This document shows, one piece after another, positions 10,195 through 19,442 of a DNA stretch of 64,000 bases. Each line of letters opens with the position of its first letter. The stretch's first letter is position 1. The notes below the pieces were generated by a model. It did not search any database. It was given only the letters and a program-made list of their open reading frames with translations, and was not told where the DNA came from. The stretch covers positions 78,663 through 142,662 of the forward strand of contig JBBISL010000001.1 of the NCBI GenBank assembly GCA_037441285.1. Reading direction: 5' to 3'. The position numbers and the translations under genes are program-made. Source of the DNA: a candidate division WOR-3 bacterium (GTDB lineage Bacteria > Hydrothermota > Tepidihabitantia > Tepidihabitantales > Tepidihabitantaceae).

Positions 10195-11125
10195 CGTACC
10201 TGCCCAATCTTTCTCCAATTTGCGGACGATAACCGTTAATAAAATCTCGGCCAGTTAAAACTTTTTTCCCGGCTGGTTTCAAACTAATTAACTCGAGTAA
10301 CTCGGTACCGGTAGCAACGAACAGACCAGGAGCGCCGTCAACAATTGTACCAGGTTTGAGGTTGCGTTTCTCGCTCAAAATGCGGGAACGGAGAATAATC
10401 AAGCGGTTCGACCGAAAATAGGTTATCGCCCCGGGCTCTGGAGACAGTGCTCGAATCCGATTGTGAATTTCCTGGGCGGATTTCTGCCAGTCAATATCTC
10501 GGTCGGCTGCTGTTAACTTGGGTGCGACGGTCGCAAGGCTTTTATTTTGCGGCTGGCTTTTTACCCTACCTTCTTTAATTTCGATTAGTGTTTTGTAAAC
10601 CAAATCTGCCCCCAGCAATGATAACCGAGTCTCAAGTTCTCCTGCTGTTTCTTCAGGACTAACTTCAACCCGGATTTGATTCAGAATATCGCCGGAATCA
10701 ACCCCTTTATCCATTTTGATTACGGTCACCCCGGATTCGGTGCACCCATCCATCAATTGACGGGGGATAGGTGCTGCACCACGGTAACGAGGAAGCAGCG
10801 AAGGGTGAAGGTTAATGAATCCATACCGGGGTATGTTTAAAAGCGGCTCCTTCAGAATAACACCATACGCGACGAGTACACCGCAATCCGGTTTAAAACT
10901 GGTTATTTTTTCTACAAAATCGCGACTGTTGGGGTTTTCGGGCGTAAACACTACGATACCACTCTCCCGAGCAACAAGTTCAACAGGCGAAGGAGTGGGC
11001 TTTAAACCCCGGCCCTGAGGTCGAGGAGGGTTGGTCACAACCGCAACAATTCCCAACCCCTTTTGCTGAAGTAGTTTTAACGTCGGAATCCCAAATGGCG
11101 CGGTACCGAAGAAAACTATCCGCAA
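10181..11125 (-). CDS. fmt: methionyl-tRNA formyltransferase
   Basis: IVFFGT, INLHPSLLPRYRGAAPI, DSGDI; follows def. Confidence 0.97.
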   Translation of the reverse strand: MRIVFFGTAPFGIPTLKLLQQKGLGIVAVVTNPPRPQGRGLKPTPSPVELVARESGIVVFTPENPNSRDFVEKITSFKPDCGVLVAYGVILKEPLLNIPRYGFINLHPSLLPRYRGAAPIPRQLMDGCTESGVTVIKMDKGVDSGDILNQIRVEVSPEETAGELETRLSLLGADLVYKTLIEIKEGRVKSQPQNKSLATVAPKLTAADRDIDWQKSAQEIHNRIRALSPEPGAITYFRSNRLIILRSRILSEKRNLKPGTIVDGAPGLFVATGTELLELISLKPAGKKVLTGRDFINGYRPQIGERLGRYDEEI

Positions 11126-11667
11126 ATCTGGCGCTCCATTTCTTCAAGTTGTTTCAGTCTTGGGGCGAGTAGTTTGCGGCGCAGCTCACTGATATGGTCA
11201 ATAAACAGAATACCACGCAAATGGTCAATTTCATGAAGAAGGGCACGAGCCAGCAAACCAGTACCTTCCATATATATTGGTTTGCCTTCAGCACTAAGAC
11301 CTTTAATCCGGACAAATTCTGGCCGACTAACGATTTCATAAATATCTGGCAGGGAAAGACAACCCTCTTCCTCCTCAACCTTTCCTTCGGCAACCACAAC
11401 TTCCGGGTTTATGATGCATAGGGGAGGACGGTCCAAATTGCAAGCCTGAGGGTTAAGAGCAAAAACCGCCAGAGGAATGCCAATCTGGTTTGCCGCCAGC
11501 CCAACACCGTCTTTCTTAATCATCGTACTCAAAAGGTCCTGAATAAGAGTCTCAATGTTCTGGTTAAATTCAACTATAGGCTGGGCAGGAGTCCTTAATA
11601 CTGGATTGCCGTAAAGGACAATTCTCCGGCATTTTCCTCTATTATCGAGATTGACCACTTCTGCCAT
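11116..11667 (-). CDS. def: peptide deformylase
   Basis: GVGLAANQIG, EGCLS, HEIDHL. Confidence 0.97.
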   Translation of the reverse strand: MAEVVNLDNRGKCRRIVLYGNPVLRTPAQPIVEFNQNIETLIQDLLSTMIKKDGVGLAANQIGIPLAVFALNPQACNLDRPPLCIINPEVVVAEGKVEEEEGCLSLPDIYEIVSRPEFVRIKGLSAEGKPIYMEGTGLLARALLHEIDHLRGILFIDHISELRRKLLAPRLKQLEEMERQICG

Positions 11668-11703
11668 TAAGAACCCCTTACCCGAAACTATTAAGGCTGT
11701 TAC

Positions 11704-12033
11704 CTATTGACCCGTAGAACCCAGTTTGTATGCAATGGCACCTTTTTCTACCTCAATTTCCGTGCCTTCTGACACTTTGACCATAAAGGTATTCTCTTTG
11801 ACATTTGTGATAACACCAAGAATACCCGAAGCAAATACCACCCGGTCGCCCTTTTTAAGACTGGCAATCATCTGCTGGTGTTTTTTCTGACGACGTTGCT
11901 GGGGAAGAATCATCAGAAAATAGAGCACCACGAATATTAGAATCAGTGGTAATAGGCTACCCAGCATCCCTAAACCACCAGAAGGCTGGGAAGCGGTGCC
12001 TGTTCCGGTCTGGGCAAATGCGATTTCAATCAC
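11704..12033 (-). CDS. yajC: preprotein translocase subunit YajC
   Basis: TM helix, YFLMILPQQRRQK, LKKGDRV...GILG. Confidence 0.95.
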   Translation of the reverse strand: MIEIAFAQTGTGTASQPSGGLGMLGSLLPLILIFVVLYFLMILPQQRRQKKHQQMIASLKKGDRVVFASGILGVITNVKENTFMVKVSEGTEIEVEKGAIAYKLGSTGQ

Positions 12034-12657
12034 CTATCCTCCTTTGTCTTTATCTTTTAAATAAAGGCGGTTTTTATAAATGTACTCCGCCACTGCTGTT
12101 GGTAAAAGATAACAAATAGACATCCCTTTGGCAAGTCGTTCTCTTATGATAGTTGCTGTTAATTCCACCGGGATAACATTAAGGAATATTACATCGCTGG
12201 GTTTGTGCCCTGGCAAAAGGGATGGTTGGGGAACTCCCGGCCTACTCATAACGACCAGTTTTGCTGCTTTGGTAAGTTCCAGGGGTTTATGCCATCGAGC
12301 AATCGAACGGTATTGGTCATATCCCAGCATAAGAAAAAGACAAGCCTGAGGGAATAAAAGGCGCAGGCGGGTTAATGTTTGTACTGTATAAGAAGGTCCA
12401 GGATGGTTCTCTTCCACACGAGAAAGAACGAACCAGGGATTACCAGCAATCGCCCGCTGGACCATTTCGACCCGAGAATTATAAGAGGCGAGAGGCGGAG
12501 GTCGATGAGGAGGATGAAAGGTCGGGATAAAAATGACTTTGTCTAATTTTAATTTGAGTAAAACATCTTCCGCTATCAGCAGATGTCCCAAATGAATAGG
12601 GTCAAAGCACCCGCCGAATATGCCAATGCGGGTTCTATTAACCGGACATCGCCGCAT
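12034..12657 (-). CDS. nadD: nicotinate-nucleotide adenylyltransferase
   Basis: GGCFDPIHLGH (HxGH), PPHR, SYTVQTL, IRERL. Confidence 0.93.
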   Translation of the reverse strand: MRRCPVNRTRIGIFGGCFDPIHLGHLLIAEDVLLKLKLDKVIFIPTFHPPHRPPPLASYNSRVEMVQRAIAGNPWFVLSRVEENHPGPSYTVQTLTRLRLLFPQACLFLMLGYDQYRSIARWHKPLELTKAAKLVVMSRPGVPQPSLLPGHKPSDVIFLNVIPVELTATIIRERLAKGMSICYLLPTAVAEYIYKNRLYLKDKDKGG

Positions 12658-13406
12658 TAGTGTATCAGGTTGAGATAACGCTGCGCCGCCTGTTTAAGCC
12701 GAGGGGAAACTGCACTGGTAACCAGTTCTTCGAAAATCGGACGTGCCGCCTCGGAATCGCCAGTTTCATAATAACAAACGGCGAATTGATAACGGTCTTT
12801 CTCTGACCAGTTAATTTCGGGGTAGTTTTCTTGGATGAACTGGTAATAAATCAGTGCGGACTTGTATTCGCCCGCCTTGAAATAGAGTCGGGCGGCGTCA
12901 AACTCCTTTTGCACTAAACGGGACTCAATTTCCTTCAAAGCGTTTTGTGCCTGCTCCCGGAATCGAGAGTCGGGATATTCCTCAAGAAACTCGTTGAGTA
13001 ATTCTTGGGCTTTCAGTACATTACTCTGGTCTTTATTGGGCGCTGGGGCCGAGCGCAATGCCGCTATCGCCTTTTTAAAAGAGGCTTCTTCCTGAAATCG
13101 TCCATTGGGAAAATTTTTAAGATAGAAATCGAATTCACTTTGCGCCTGTTCATAGTCTTTGCTTTCAAAATAACAGTCGGCAAGGTAAAACTGGGCATCA
13201 GCCGCCTGAGCACTGCCGGGAAAGTTAAAAATTAAGTAGGTAAAACCCTCTTCCGCTTTTTGAAACCTTTTTGCCTTTTTATCGGACAGTGCTTGTTCCA
13301 GTGCTTCCTGCGGGGTTGTGGGCTTTGTTTGTTCCGGTCTTTTCGGGCAGGCGGTTCCAATCAGAACCAGCAGTAAAAGTAATCTCGGGCTCGCGATTGG
13401 TTTCAA
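12657..13406 (-). CDS. bamD: outer membrane protein assembly factor BamD (TPR lipoprotein)
   Basis: lipobox-like IGTAC, TPR-like helices, DQ motif, YPDS. Confidence 0.88.
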   Translation of the reverse strand: MKPIASPRLLLLLVLIGTACPKRPEQTKPTTPQEALEQALSDKKAKRFQKAEEGFTYLIFNFPGSAQAADAQFYLADCYFESKDYEQAQSEFDFYLKNFPNGRFQEEASFKKAIAALRSAPAPNKDQSNVLKAQELLNEFLEEYPDSRFREQAQNALKEIESRLVQKEFDAARLYFKAGEYKSALIYYQFIQENYPEINWSEKDRYQFAVCYYETGDSEAARPIFEELVTSAVSPRLKQAAQRYLNLIH

Positions 13407-14239
13407 ATTCTTTTTACCACTTCCTGCACGATTGCCGTAAGTTTCGGTTCGGCTTCATTGGCAACACGCAGCACTGTTGCCAGATCAACGGGCTGGAGCT
13501 GTTGAGGAATTCCCATATCGGTAATAACCGAAAAACCGAGGACCCTTAATCCTGCATGCCGGGCAACGATTGTTTCCGGTACCGTTGACATGCCAACAAG
13601 GTCAGCGCCGATAATGCGAAGATAGCGATACTCGGCGGCGGTTTCGAGATTAGGACCAGTAACCCAGGCATAAACTCCCCGGCGCAGAGTTAAGTTCAGT
13701 TCGGCTGCGACCGTTTCCGCCCGTTTAATCAATTGCGGGTCATAACATTCAAACATATCAGGAAATCGTGGGCCCAGCGTTTCATCATTGGGTCCTCTCA
13801 AAGGGTTCTGGCCGGTAAGATTGATGTGGTCGGTGATGACTGCAATATCACCGGCTTGAAACTCAGGATTTAAGCCGCCCGCGGCGTTTGAGACAATTAG
13901 CGTATCGATACCCAGTTCCTTCATTACCCGCACCGGATGGGTAATTTCCTGAGGTTCGTAACCTTCATAATAATGAAAACGACCTTGCATTACCACCACC
14001 GGTTTAGCGCACAACATCCCGAGTATTAAACGACCACCATGGCTTTCTACGGTTGGAATGGGGAAGTGGGGAATTGTTGCATAGGGGATAGTTACAGCAT
14101 TTTCCACTTTCTCCGCAAGTTTACCCAACCCGGTACCGAGAATTATCCCGATTCGCGGTTTGAAAGCAGTCCTATTTCTTATCGCTTGAACGCTCTCTTG
14201 AATCCTTTGTTTCAGTGTTGGAGTGTGTGTTGGATTCAT
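13403..14239 (-). CDS. punA: purine-nucleoside phosphorylase (trimeric PunA type)
   Basis: ILGTGLG, GRFHYYEG, NAAGG, GPNLET.AE, VGMSTVPE. Confidence 0.93.
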   Translation of the reverse strand: MNPTHTPTLKQRIQESVQAIRNRTAFKPRIGIILGTGLGKLAEKVENAVTIPYATIPHFPIPTVESHGGRLILGMLCAKPVVVMQGRFHYYEGYEPQEITHPVRVMKELGIDTLIVSNAAGGLNPEFQAGDIAVITDHINLTGQNPLRGPNDETLGPRFPDMFECYDPQLIKRAETVAAELNLTLRRGVYAWVTGPNLETAAEYRYLRIIGADLVGMSTVPETIVARHAGLRVLGFSVITDMGIPQQLQPVDLATVLRVANEAEPKLTAIVQEVVKRI

Positions 14240-14666
14240 TTAGTTCTAACCGTCCTTTTTCAAACCTTTCTACTACTGCTAAGTAAGTATTGGCAATACC
14301 TTTGACCTCATCGAGTATCAGTGCCCGGCGCTTTTGTAATTCCTTTAATTCGGACCGCATCCTCGCCGCCTCCTGTTTTATCTGTTCAATCATCAGTTCG
14401 CGCTCTTTTTCAACATTGGCACGCATTTCTTCGGCAACCTGTTGCGCCGTGAGCAGCGTATCTTTAAGTAGTTTCTCCATTTTTTCATAAGCAGCGACGC
14501 GGGCCGCGAGTTCATCAACCTTTTCGGCAAGTGCTGCTCGCTCCTTACGCAGTTCTTCAAGCTCATTGGCAACGACAGCAAGAAACGCCCGCACTTCTTT
14601 TACTGCATATCCCCGGAACGAGACAGAAAATGCCTTCTTCCTTATTTCAATTGGTGTTAACGCCAT
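14172..14666 (-). CDS. divIVA: DivIVA domain-containing protein
   Basis: MALTPIEIRKKAFSVSFRGY...EV followed by coiled coil; start placed at ATG 14666. Confidence 0.88.
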   Translation of the reverse strand: MALTPIEIRKKAFSVSFRGYAVKEVRAFLAVVANELEELRKERAALAEKVDELAARVAAYEKMEKLLKDTLLTAQQVAEEMRANVEKERELMIEQIKQEAARMRSELKELQKRRALILDEVKGIANTYLAVVERFEKGRLELNESNTHSNTETKDSRERSSDKK

Positions 14667-14673
14667 TGTTTTT

Positions 14674-14701
14674 AGTGTATATTGATAAGAAGCGGTGTCA
14701 A
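14674..14701 (-). promoter_or_regulatory. promoter of the divIVA...ffh operon
   Basis: TTGACA-N16-TACACT, 7 nt before ATG. Confidence 0.7.
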
Positions 14702-14735
14702 GAAAAAGTATCATTCCAACCCCGGTATCGGTTCC

Positions 14736-14763
14736 TTGACACGCCGATATCATTGAGTAAGAT
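14736..14763 (+). promoter_or_regulatory. promoter of thrS-infC-rpmI-rplT
   Basis: TTGACA-N16-TAAGAT, 6 nt before GTG. Confidence 0.7.
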
Positions 14764-14769
14764 TGAACC

Positions 14770-16680
14770 GTGATAAAAATTACGGTTAATGGTGTTGTCC
14801 AGGAAGTCGAGCCCGGTATTACGGCTGGGGCAGCGTTGAATGATACAAAGGCACTGGCGGCGATGGTAAACGGCCGGCTGGTTGACCTTTCTTTTCCAAT
14901 ACGGGAAGATGCGGTAGTGACCCCCGTGTACTTCGATTCAAAGGAAGGGCGCGAGATATTCTGGCACTCGGCATCGCATTTGATGGCACAGGCGGTAAAA
15001 CAACTTTATCCGGAAGCGAAGGTTACCATTGGTCCGGCAGTTCCCGAAGGGTTTTACTATGATTTTGATGTCCCCAAGCCTTTCAATGAAGAAGATTTAC
15101 CCAGGATAGAAGAACGCATGCGCGAACTGTCACGGCAGCAAATACCGATTGTTCATAAATTTTTACCGAGAGAAGAGGCAATAGAACTGTTTCGGCAGCG
15201 GGGAGAGACCTACAAATTGGAGATTATCGCAGAAATACCTGATGAAGAGATTTCGGTTTACGAACAAGGCGATTTTGTGGACCTCTGCCGAGGACCGCAT
15301 CTCCCAGACACGGGAAAAATCAAGGCGATAAAACTTTTAAGCGTTGCTGGGGCTTACTGGCGCGGCGATGAAAAGAACCGAATGCTATCGCGGATTTACG
15401 GCGTAGCATTTCCTGATGATAATTTGCTAAAAGAGTGGCTGGAGCGCATCGAAGAAGCTAAGCGCCGTGACCATCGAAAACTGGGACCGGCTCTGGATTT
15501 ATTCAGTTTCCATGAAGAGGCGGGCGCCGGTTTAGTGTTCTGGCATCCTAAGGGTGCAACGGTGCGCCGGCTCATCCAGGATTACTGGGAAAAAGAGCAT
15601 CTTACCGCTGGCTATCAGTTGGTAGTAACTCCCCATATCGCCCGGGCGCAACTGTGGCGGCAGTCAGGACATTTTGATTATTATCGGGAAAATATGTATG
15701 TCCTGCCGGTGGAAAAGGAGGAGTATGTATTAAAACCAATGAACTGTCCTGGACATATTCTCATTTACCGCACAAAAGTCCACTCCTATCGGGATTTACC
15801 CCTTCGCTTGGCAGAATGGGGGACAGTATATCGATATGAACGTTCTGGTGTGCTCCATGGAACAATGCGCGTCCGCGGCTTCACGCAGGATGATGCCCAT
15901 ATATTCTGCACCCAGGAGCAGGTTGGTGAAGAAATACACGGTGTGATTTCTTTATCGCTTAAAATGCTACGCCAATTTGGCTTCGAGAAATTTAGCGTGG
16001 CCCTTTCCGTGCGCGACCCAAAACATCCCGAAAATTATCTGGGTACTGATGAACAGTGGTCTGTAGCGGAAAATGCTTTGGTCAATACTTTGAAACGACT
16101 GGGATTGGACTTTTCCCGCGCTGAAGGCGAAGCCGTCTTCTATGGTCCCAAAATTGATATCCATCTTGCCGATTCATTAGGAAGAGAGTTTCAATGTGCC
16201 ACCTGTCAATTTGATTTTAATCTTGCCCAGAAATTCAATGTTTACTATATGAATAATAATGGCGAACACTTGCCGGCTTATCTTGTTCATCGGACCGTCC
16301 TTGGTAGTATCGAGCGGTTTGTCGGAATCTTGATTGAACATTACGGTGGTGCTTTTCCAACCTGGCTGGCACCGGTTCAAGCGTGTGTTTTGACCGTGAC
16401 CGACAAGGAAGCAGATTACGCCCATGAGATTGTTGCAATGTTAAAAAAGGAAAATGTCAGAGTTGAAATTGATTTAAATAATGATAAAATTAGTTATAAA
16501 ATAGGTGAAGCGGAAAGACAAAAAATTCCTTTTATGCTGGTCGTTGGCGCCAAAGAAAAGGCAACCAATACGGTTTCTCTACGCCGACGCGGTAAAGGGA
16601 ATCTTGGCAATATGCCGCTGGAAAGAGTATTGGAACAAATAAAGGAGGAAACCTCTGGAAGAGCAACAGGAAAAGATTAA
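14770..16680 (+). CDS. thrS: threonine--tRNA ligase
   Basis: TGS domain, HSASHL, DLCRGPH, RDHRKLG, KPMNCPGH, FYGPKID. Confidence 0.98.
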   Translation: MIKITVNGVVQEVEPGITAGAALNDTKALAAMVNGRLVDLSFPIREDAVVTPVYFDSKEGREIFWHSASHLMAQAVKQLYPEAKVTIGPAVPEGFYYDFDVPKPFNEEDLPRIEERMRELSRQQIPIVHKFLPREEAIELFRQRGETYKLEIIAEIPDEEISVYEQGDFVDLCRGPHLPDTGKIKAIKLLSVAGAYWRGDEKNRMLSRIYGVAFPDDNLLKEWLERIEEAKRRDHRKLGPALDLFSFHEEAGAGLVFWHPKGATVRRLIQDYWEKEHLTAGYQLVVTPHIARAQLWRQSGHFDYYRENMYVLPVEKEEYVLKPMNCPGHILIYRTKVHSYRDLPLRLAEWGTVYRYERSGVLHGTMRVRGFTQDDAHIFCTQEQVGEEIHGVISLSLKMLRQFGFEKFSVALSVRDPKHPENYLGTDEQWSVAENALVNTLKRLGLDFSRAEGEAVFYGPKIDIHLADSLGREFQCATCQFDFNLAQKFNVYYMNNNGEHLPAYLVHRTVLGSIERFVGILIEHYGGAFPTWLAPVQACVLTVTDKEADYAHEIVAMLKKENVRVEIDLNNDKISYKIGEAERQKIPFMLVVGAKEKATNTVSLRRRGKGNLGNMPLERVLEQIKEETSGRATGKD

Positions 16681-17203
16681 AGATTTCTATAAGGACCGAC
16701 CAAAAGCAAATGAGCAGATTCGGGTTCCTTATGTGCGAGTAATTGGGGTTGACAAAAAGCCAATCGGGATTATGCCAACGCGCGAAGCGATTGCACTGGC
16801 GCGACGGCAAAACCTCGACCTGGTAATGTTAGCCCCAAAAGAAGAACCACCGGTATGTGGCATTATGGACTATGGTCGGCACCTTTATGAACAAAAGGCA
16901 AAACAACGGGAGTCGAAAAAGAAACAGCATCAGACTCAGGTTCGAGAAATCAGGATGAAGATGAAAATTGACCGGCACGACTACGAGGTAAAACTCAAGA
17001 AAATGCGCGAGTTTTTTGCCGCCCGAGACCGCGTTCGACTTACCCTGTGGTTACGAGGTAGGGAAGTTCTCCATACCGACTTGGCTTATCAACTCATCGA
17101 CCGAATACGACAAGACCTTGCTGATGTTGCAAAGGTAGAAGGGAACATTAAGTTACAAACCGAAGGAAAAAAATCTATTCAATTGATGTTGGTGCCCAAA
17201 TGA
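16676..17203 (+). CDS. infC: translation initiation factor IF-3 (probable ATT start)
   Basis: NEQIR.P.VRVI, LDLV, PPVC..MDYG; the frame is open back to ATT at 16676, overlapping the thrS stop. Confidence 0.93.
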   Translation: MKDFYKDRPKANEQIRVPYVRVIGVDKKPIGIMPTREAIALARRQNLDLVMLAPKEEPPVCGIMDYGRHLYEQKAKQRESKKKQHQTQVREIRMKMKIDRHDYEVKLKKMREFFAARDRVRLTLWLRGREVLHTDLAYQLIDRIRQDLADVAKVEGNIKLQTEGKKSIQLMLVPK

Positions 17204-17400
17204 AACAGAAAATTAAAACTTTAAGTTCACTAAAAAAACGCCTCAAATGTTCCGCTAATAAGAAATACCTTCATCGCCATAGCGGAACAAGCCATAATAA
17301 CAGCGCCAAAAGCAATAAATGTAAACGACGGCTACATCGTACGGCAATAGTCGATAAAGCACGAGTCAAGGCAATAAAAAAACTTGTTCCTTACTTATAA
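17200..17400 (+). CDS. rpmI: 50S ribosomal protein bL35
   Basis: KIKT....KKR, SH...K..K.KRRL, ends LVPY; sits between infC and rplT. Confidence 0.92.
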   Translation: MKQKIKTLSSLKKRLKCSANKKYLHRHSGTSHNNSAKSNKCKRRLHRTAIVDKARVKAIKKLVPYL

Positions 17401-17412
17401 CAGGAGAGCATA

Positions 17413-17772
17413 ATGGCACGAGTTAAAACAGGACCAGCAACCAGAAAACGACGCAAAAAATGGTTGAAGCAGGCAAAAGGTTACTGGGGAGGAAAATCCC
17501 GTTTATACAAAACTGCCCGGCTGCAGGTAATGCATGGCTTATTGAGCGCTTACCGGGATCGTAAGCAGAAAAAGCGAGTTTTCCGGGCATTAATGATAAC
17601 CAGAATTAATGCCGCACTCCGTCCATATGACTTGAGTTACAGCCGATTTATGCATGGTATTAAACTGGCCGGAGTGGAACTTGACCGGAGTATTCTTTCC
17701 GAAGTTGCGATTAAATCCCCTGATGACTTTGCCCAGCTGGTCGCGCTGGCAAAACAACACCTCTCAAGTTAA
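17413..17772 (+). CDS. rplT: 50S ribosomal protein bL20
   Basis: MARVK, AKGYWG, AYRDRK, RINAA, SYSRFM. Confidence 0.98.
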   Translation: MARVKTGPATRKRRKKWLKQAKGYWGGKSRLYKTARLQVMHGLLSAYRDRKQKKRVFRALMITRINAALRPYDLSYSRFMHGIKLAGVELDRSILSEVAIKSPDDFAQLVALAKQHLSS

Positions 17773-17795
17773 ACCTGGGTTTGGCTTAAATTAAA

Positions 17796-17870
<75 letters not shown>

Positions 17871-17889
17871 ATACATCTATTCTATTTGA

Positions 17890-17918
17890 ATCCTATAACA
17901 AATTAATTATAAAGTCAA
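17890..17918 (-). promoter_or_regulatory. tRNA-Pro promoter
   Basis: TTGACT-N17-TAGGAT. Confidence 0.6.
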
Positions 17919-17926
17919 GAAGGTTT

Positions 17927-18349
17927 TTATTCTAAGGGGACTTCGCTAATATATATTTTTTCCAATGCCAATGAAGGAAGTTGATAAACAAGTTGCGCTT
18001 GCCAGCCGGCAATGATACGAGATTGAGGATTAGAAGCATAATAACGAATAATAATACGCTGATTAATCGAATCGTACCCGGTGTAATTGTACTTTATCGG
18101 CTGCGGTAGAGAGATACCTAACTTTGTTTCCAACTCAAGGTGAAGGAGAAAACGATGTTTTTCTCCGTCCTTTATCAGGTGGGTAATTCCTTTTTTCTTT
18201 ATCTCGTCTTCGGACATAAGTCGAAAGTAGTACGGATACCTGTCAATTTGAACTGCTTGATTTGACGATAATATAAAACTTCGAATCTGAGAACCGGTAT
18301 TACAGGCAAAGCAGAGTAACAAAATAAGTCTTTTAAGAAGTCGACGCAT
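17927..18349 (-). CDS. hypothetical lipoprotein
   Basis: basic N-terminus, hydrophobic stretch, LCFA-C lipobox-like site. Confidence 0.65.
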   Translation of the reverse strand: MRRLLKRLILLLCFACNTGSQIRSFILSSNQAVQIDRYPYYFRLMSEDEIKKKGITHLIKDGEKHRFLLHLELETKLGISLPQPIKYNYTGYDSINQRIIIRYYASNPQSRIIAGWQAQLVYQLPSLALEKIYISEVPLE

Positions 18350-18361
18350 CGTGATTAATGT

Positions 18362-18390
18362 ATTTTAACCCCCGGTTTATTTACAGTCAA
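18362..18390 (-). promoter_or_regulatory. sigma70-type promoter
   Basis: TTGACT-N17-TAAAAT. Confidence 0.6.
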
Positions 18391-18442
18391 TTCAACGATA
18401 TCGCAAAAAAAACTTTTATTCTTTTCCTGGCAAAATTTCCCT

Positions 18443-18470
18443 TTGACCCGAACATCGTGCGTTATATAAT
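18443..18470 (+). promoter_or_regulatory. sigma70-type promoter
   Basis: TTGACC-N16-TATAAT, 6 nt before ATG 18477. Confidence 0.72.
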
Positions 18471-18476
18471 TTCATC

Positions 18477-19439
18477 ATGCAAATCGGGCTATGCCGCGCG
18501 CTCCACACATTTCACCATTTTGCTTTGTGGAACAGATTTTTAAAAGAACTCGGTTTTGAAGTAGTCCTGACTCCCGGAACAACTTTCCAAATGGTTGAAG
18601 AAGGACTAAAAGTAGCACCCCCTGAATTATGTCTCCCGGTCAAGGTATTCCTTGGTCACATAACGATTTTACAACAAAAGGTGGACGCCATATTAATTCC
18701 ACGATTGGTGTGTCGAAAAATCGGCAATGATTTTTATTTTGGATGCCCCAAAGCACTTGCCCTTCCCGATTTGACCAGAGCCATTTTCCCAAATTTAAAT
18801 GAAATTGTAGAATTAATCATCGACGAAAGAATCTTTTCCGAAACAACCGCATTAGTCCATCTTGCCCGCAAATTGAAAGTGAAAAAGGAGGAAGCATTAG
18901 CAGCTTGCGAGATGGCAAAAAGAACTGCACGGGCGGCTGACGAGTTAACGCGCCAGATGGCAACGCCAATTCATCTCGTCAATCAACGAAGCAACGCACC
19001 CTTTTCAAGGGAAAATTATCTCGGGCTTAAAATCGGCCTAATTGGCCATCCTTACCTTTTGTTTGATGAATACCTGAACGGCGGAATTTTCAAATTCATC
19101 AAATCCTGTGGCGCCGAACCGGTTGTCTTATTCCCTGAGGAGAACCAGATTATCCAGAATGCCCTGGCTAAAAACACCCCTAATTGGTATTACGAACTGG
19201 AATTAATTACCAGTGCCCGACAACTGGTTCGGGACAAAACCATCAGTGGGTTGATTTTATTCTCTAACTTTGCCTGTGGTACCGGTTCAGTTGTAAATGA
19301 ACTAATACGGCGCGAAGTTGCTTCAGGAAGAAACATCCCGATCCTTACGCTTCTTATTGATGAGCATACCGGTGAAACTGGATTAAAAACAAGGCTGGAA
19401 GCATTTGTTGATTTGCTTAAGGTTAGAAGACAACGGTAA
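18477..19439 (+). CDS. acyl-CoA dehydratase activase-related protein (DUF2229-like)
   Basis: IGL.RAL, ELCLPVKVFLGH, CPK, IGHPY, FACG, DEHTGETGLKTRLEAFVD. Confidence 0.82.
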   Translation: MQIGLCRALHTFHHFALWNRFLKELGFEVVLTPGTTFQMVEEGLKVAPPELCLPVKVFLGHITILQQKVDAILIPRLVCRKIGNDFYFGCPKALALPDLTRAIFPNLNEIVELIIDERIFSETTALVHLARKLKVKKEEALAACEMAKRTARAADELTRQMATPIHLVNQRSNAPFSRENYLGLKIGLIGHPYLLFDEYLNGGIFKFIKSCGAEPVVLFPEENQIIQNALAKNTPNWYYELELITSARQLVRDKTISGLILFSNFACGTGSVVNELIRREVASGRNIPILTLLIDEHTGETGLKTRLEAFVDLLKVRRQR

Positions 19440-19442
19440 AGT

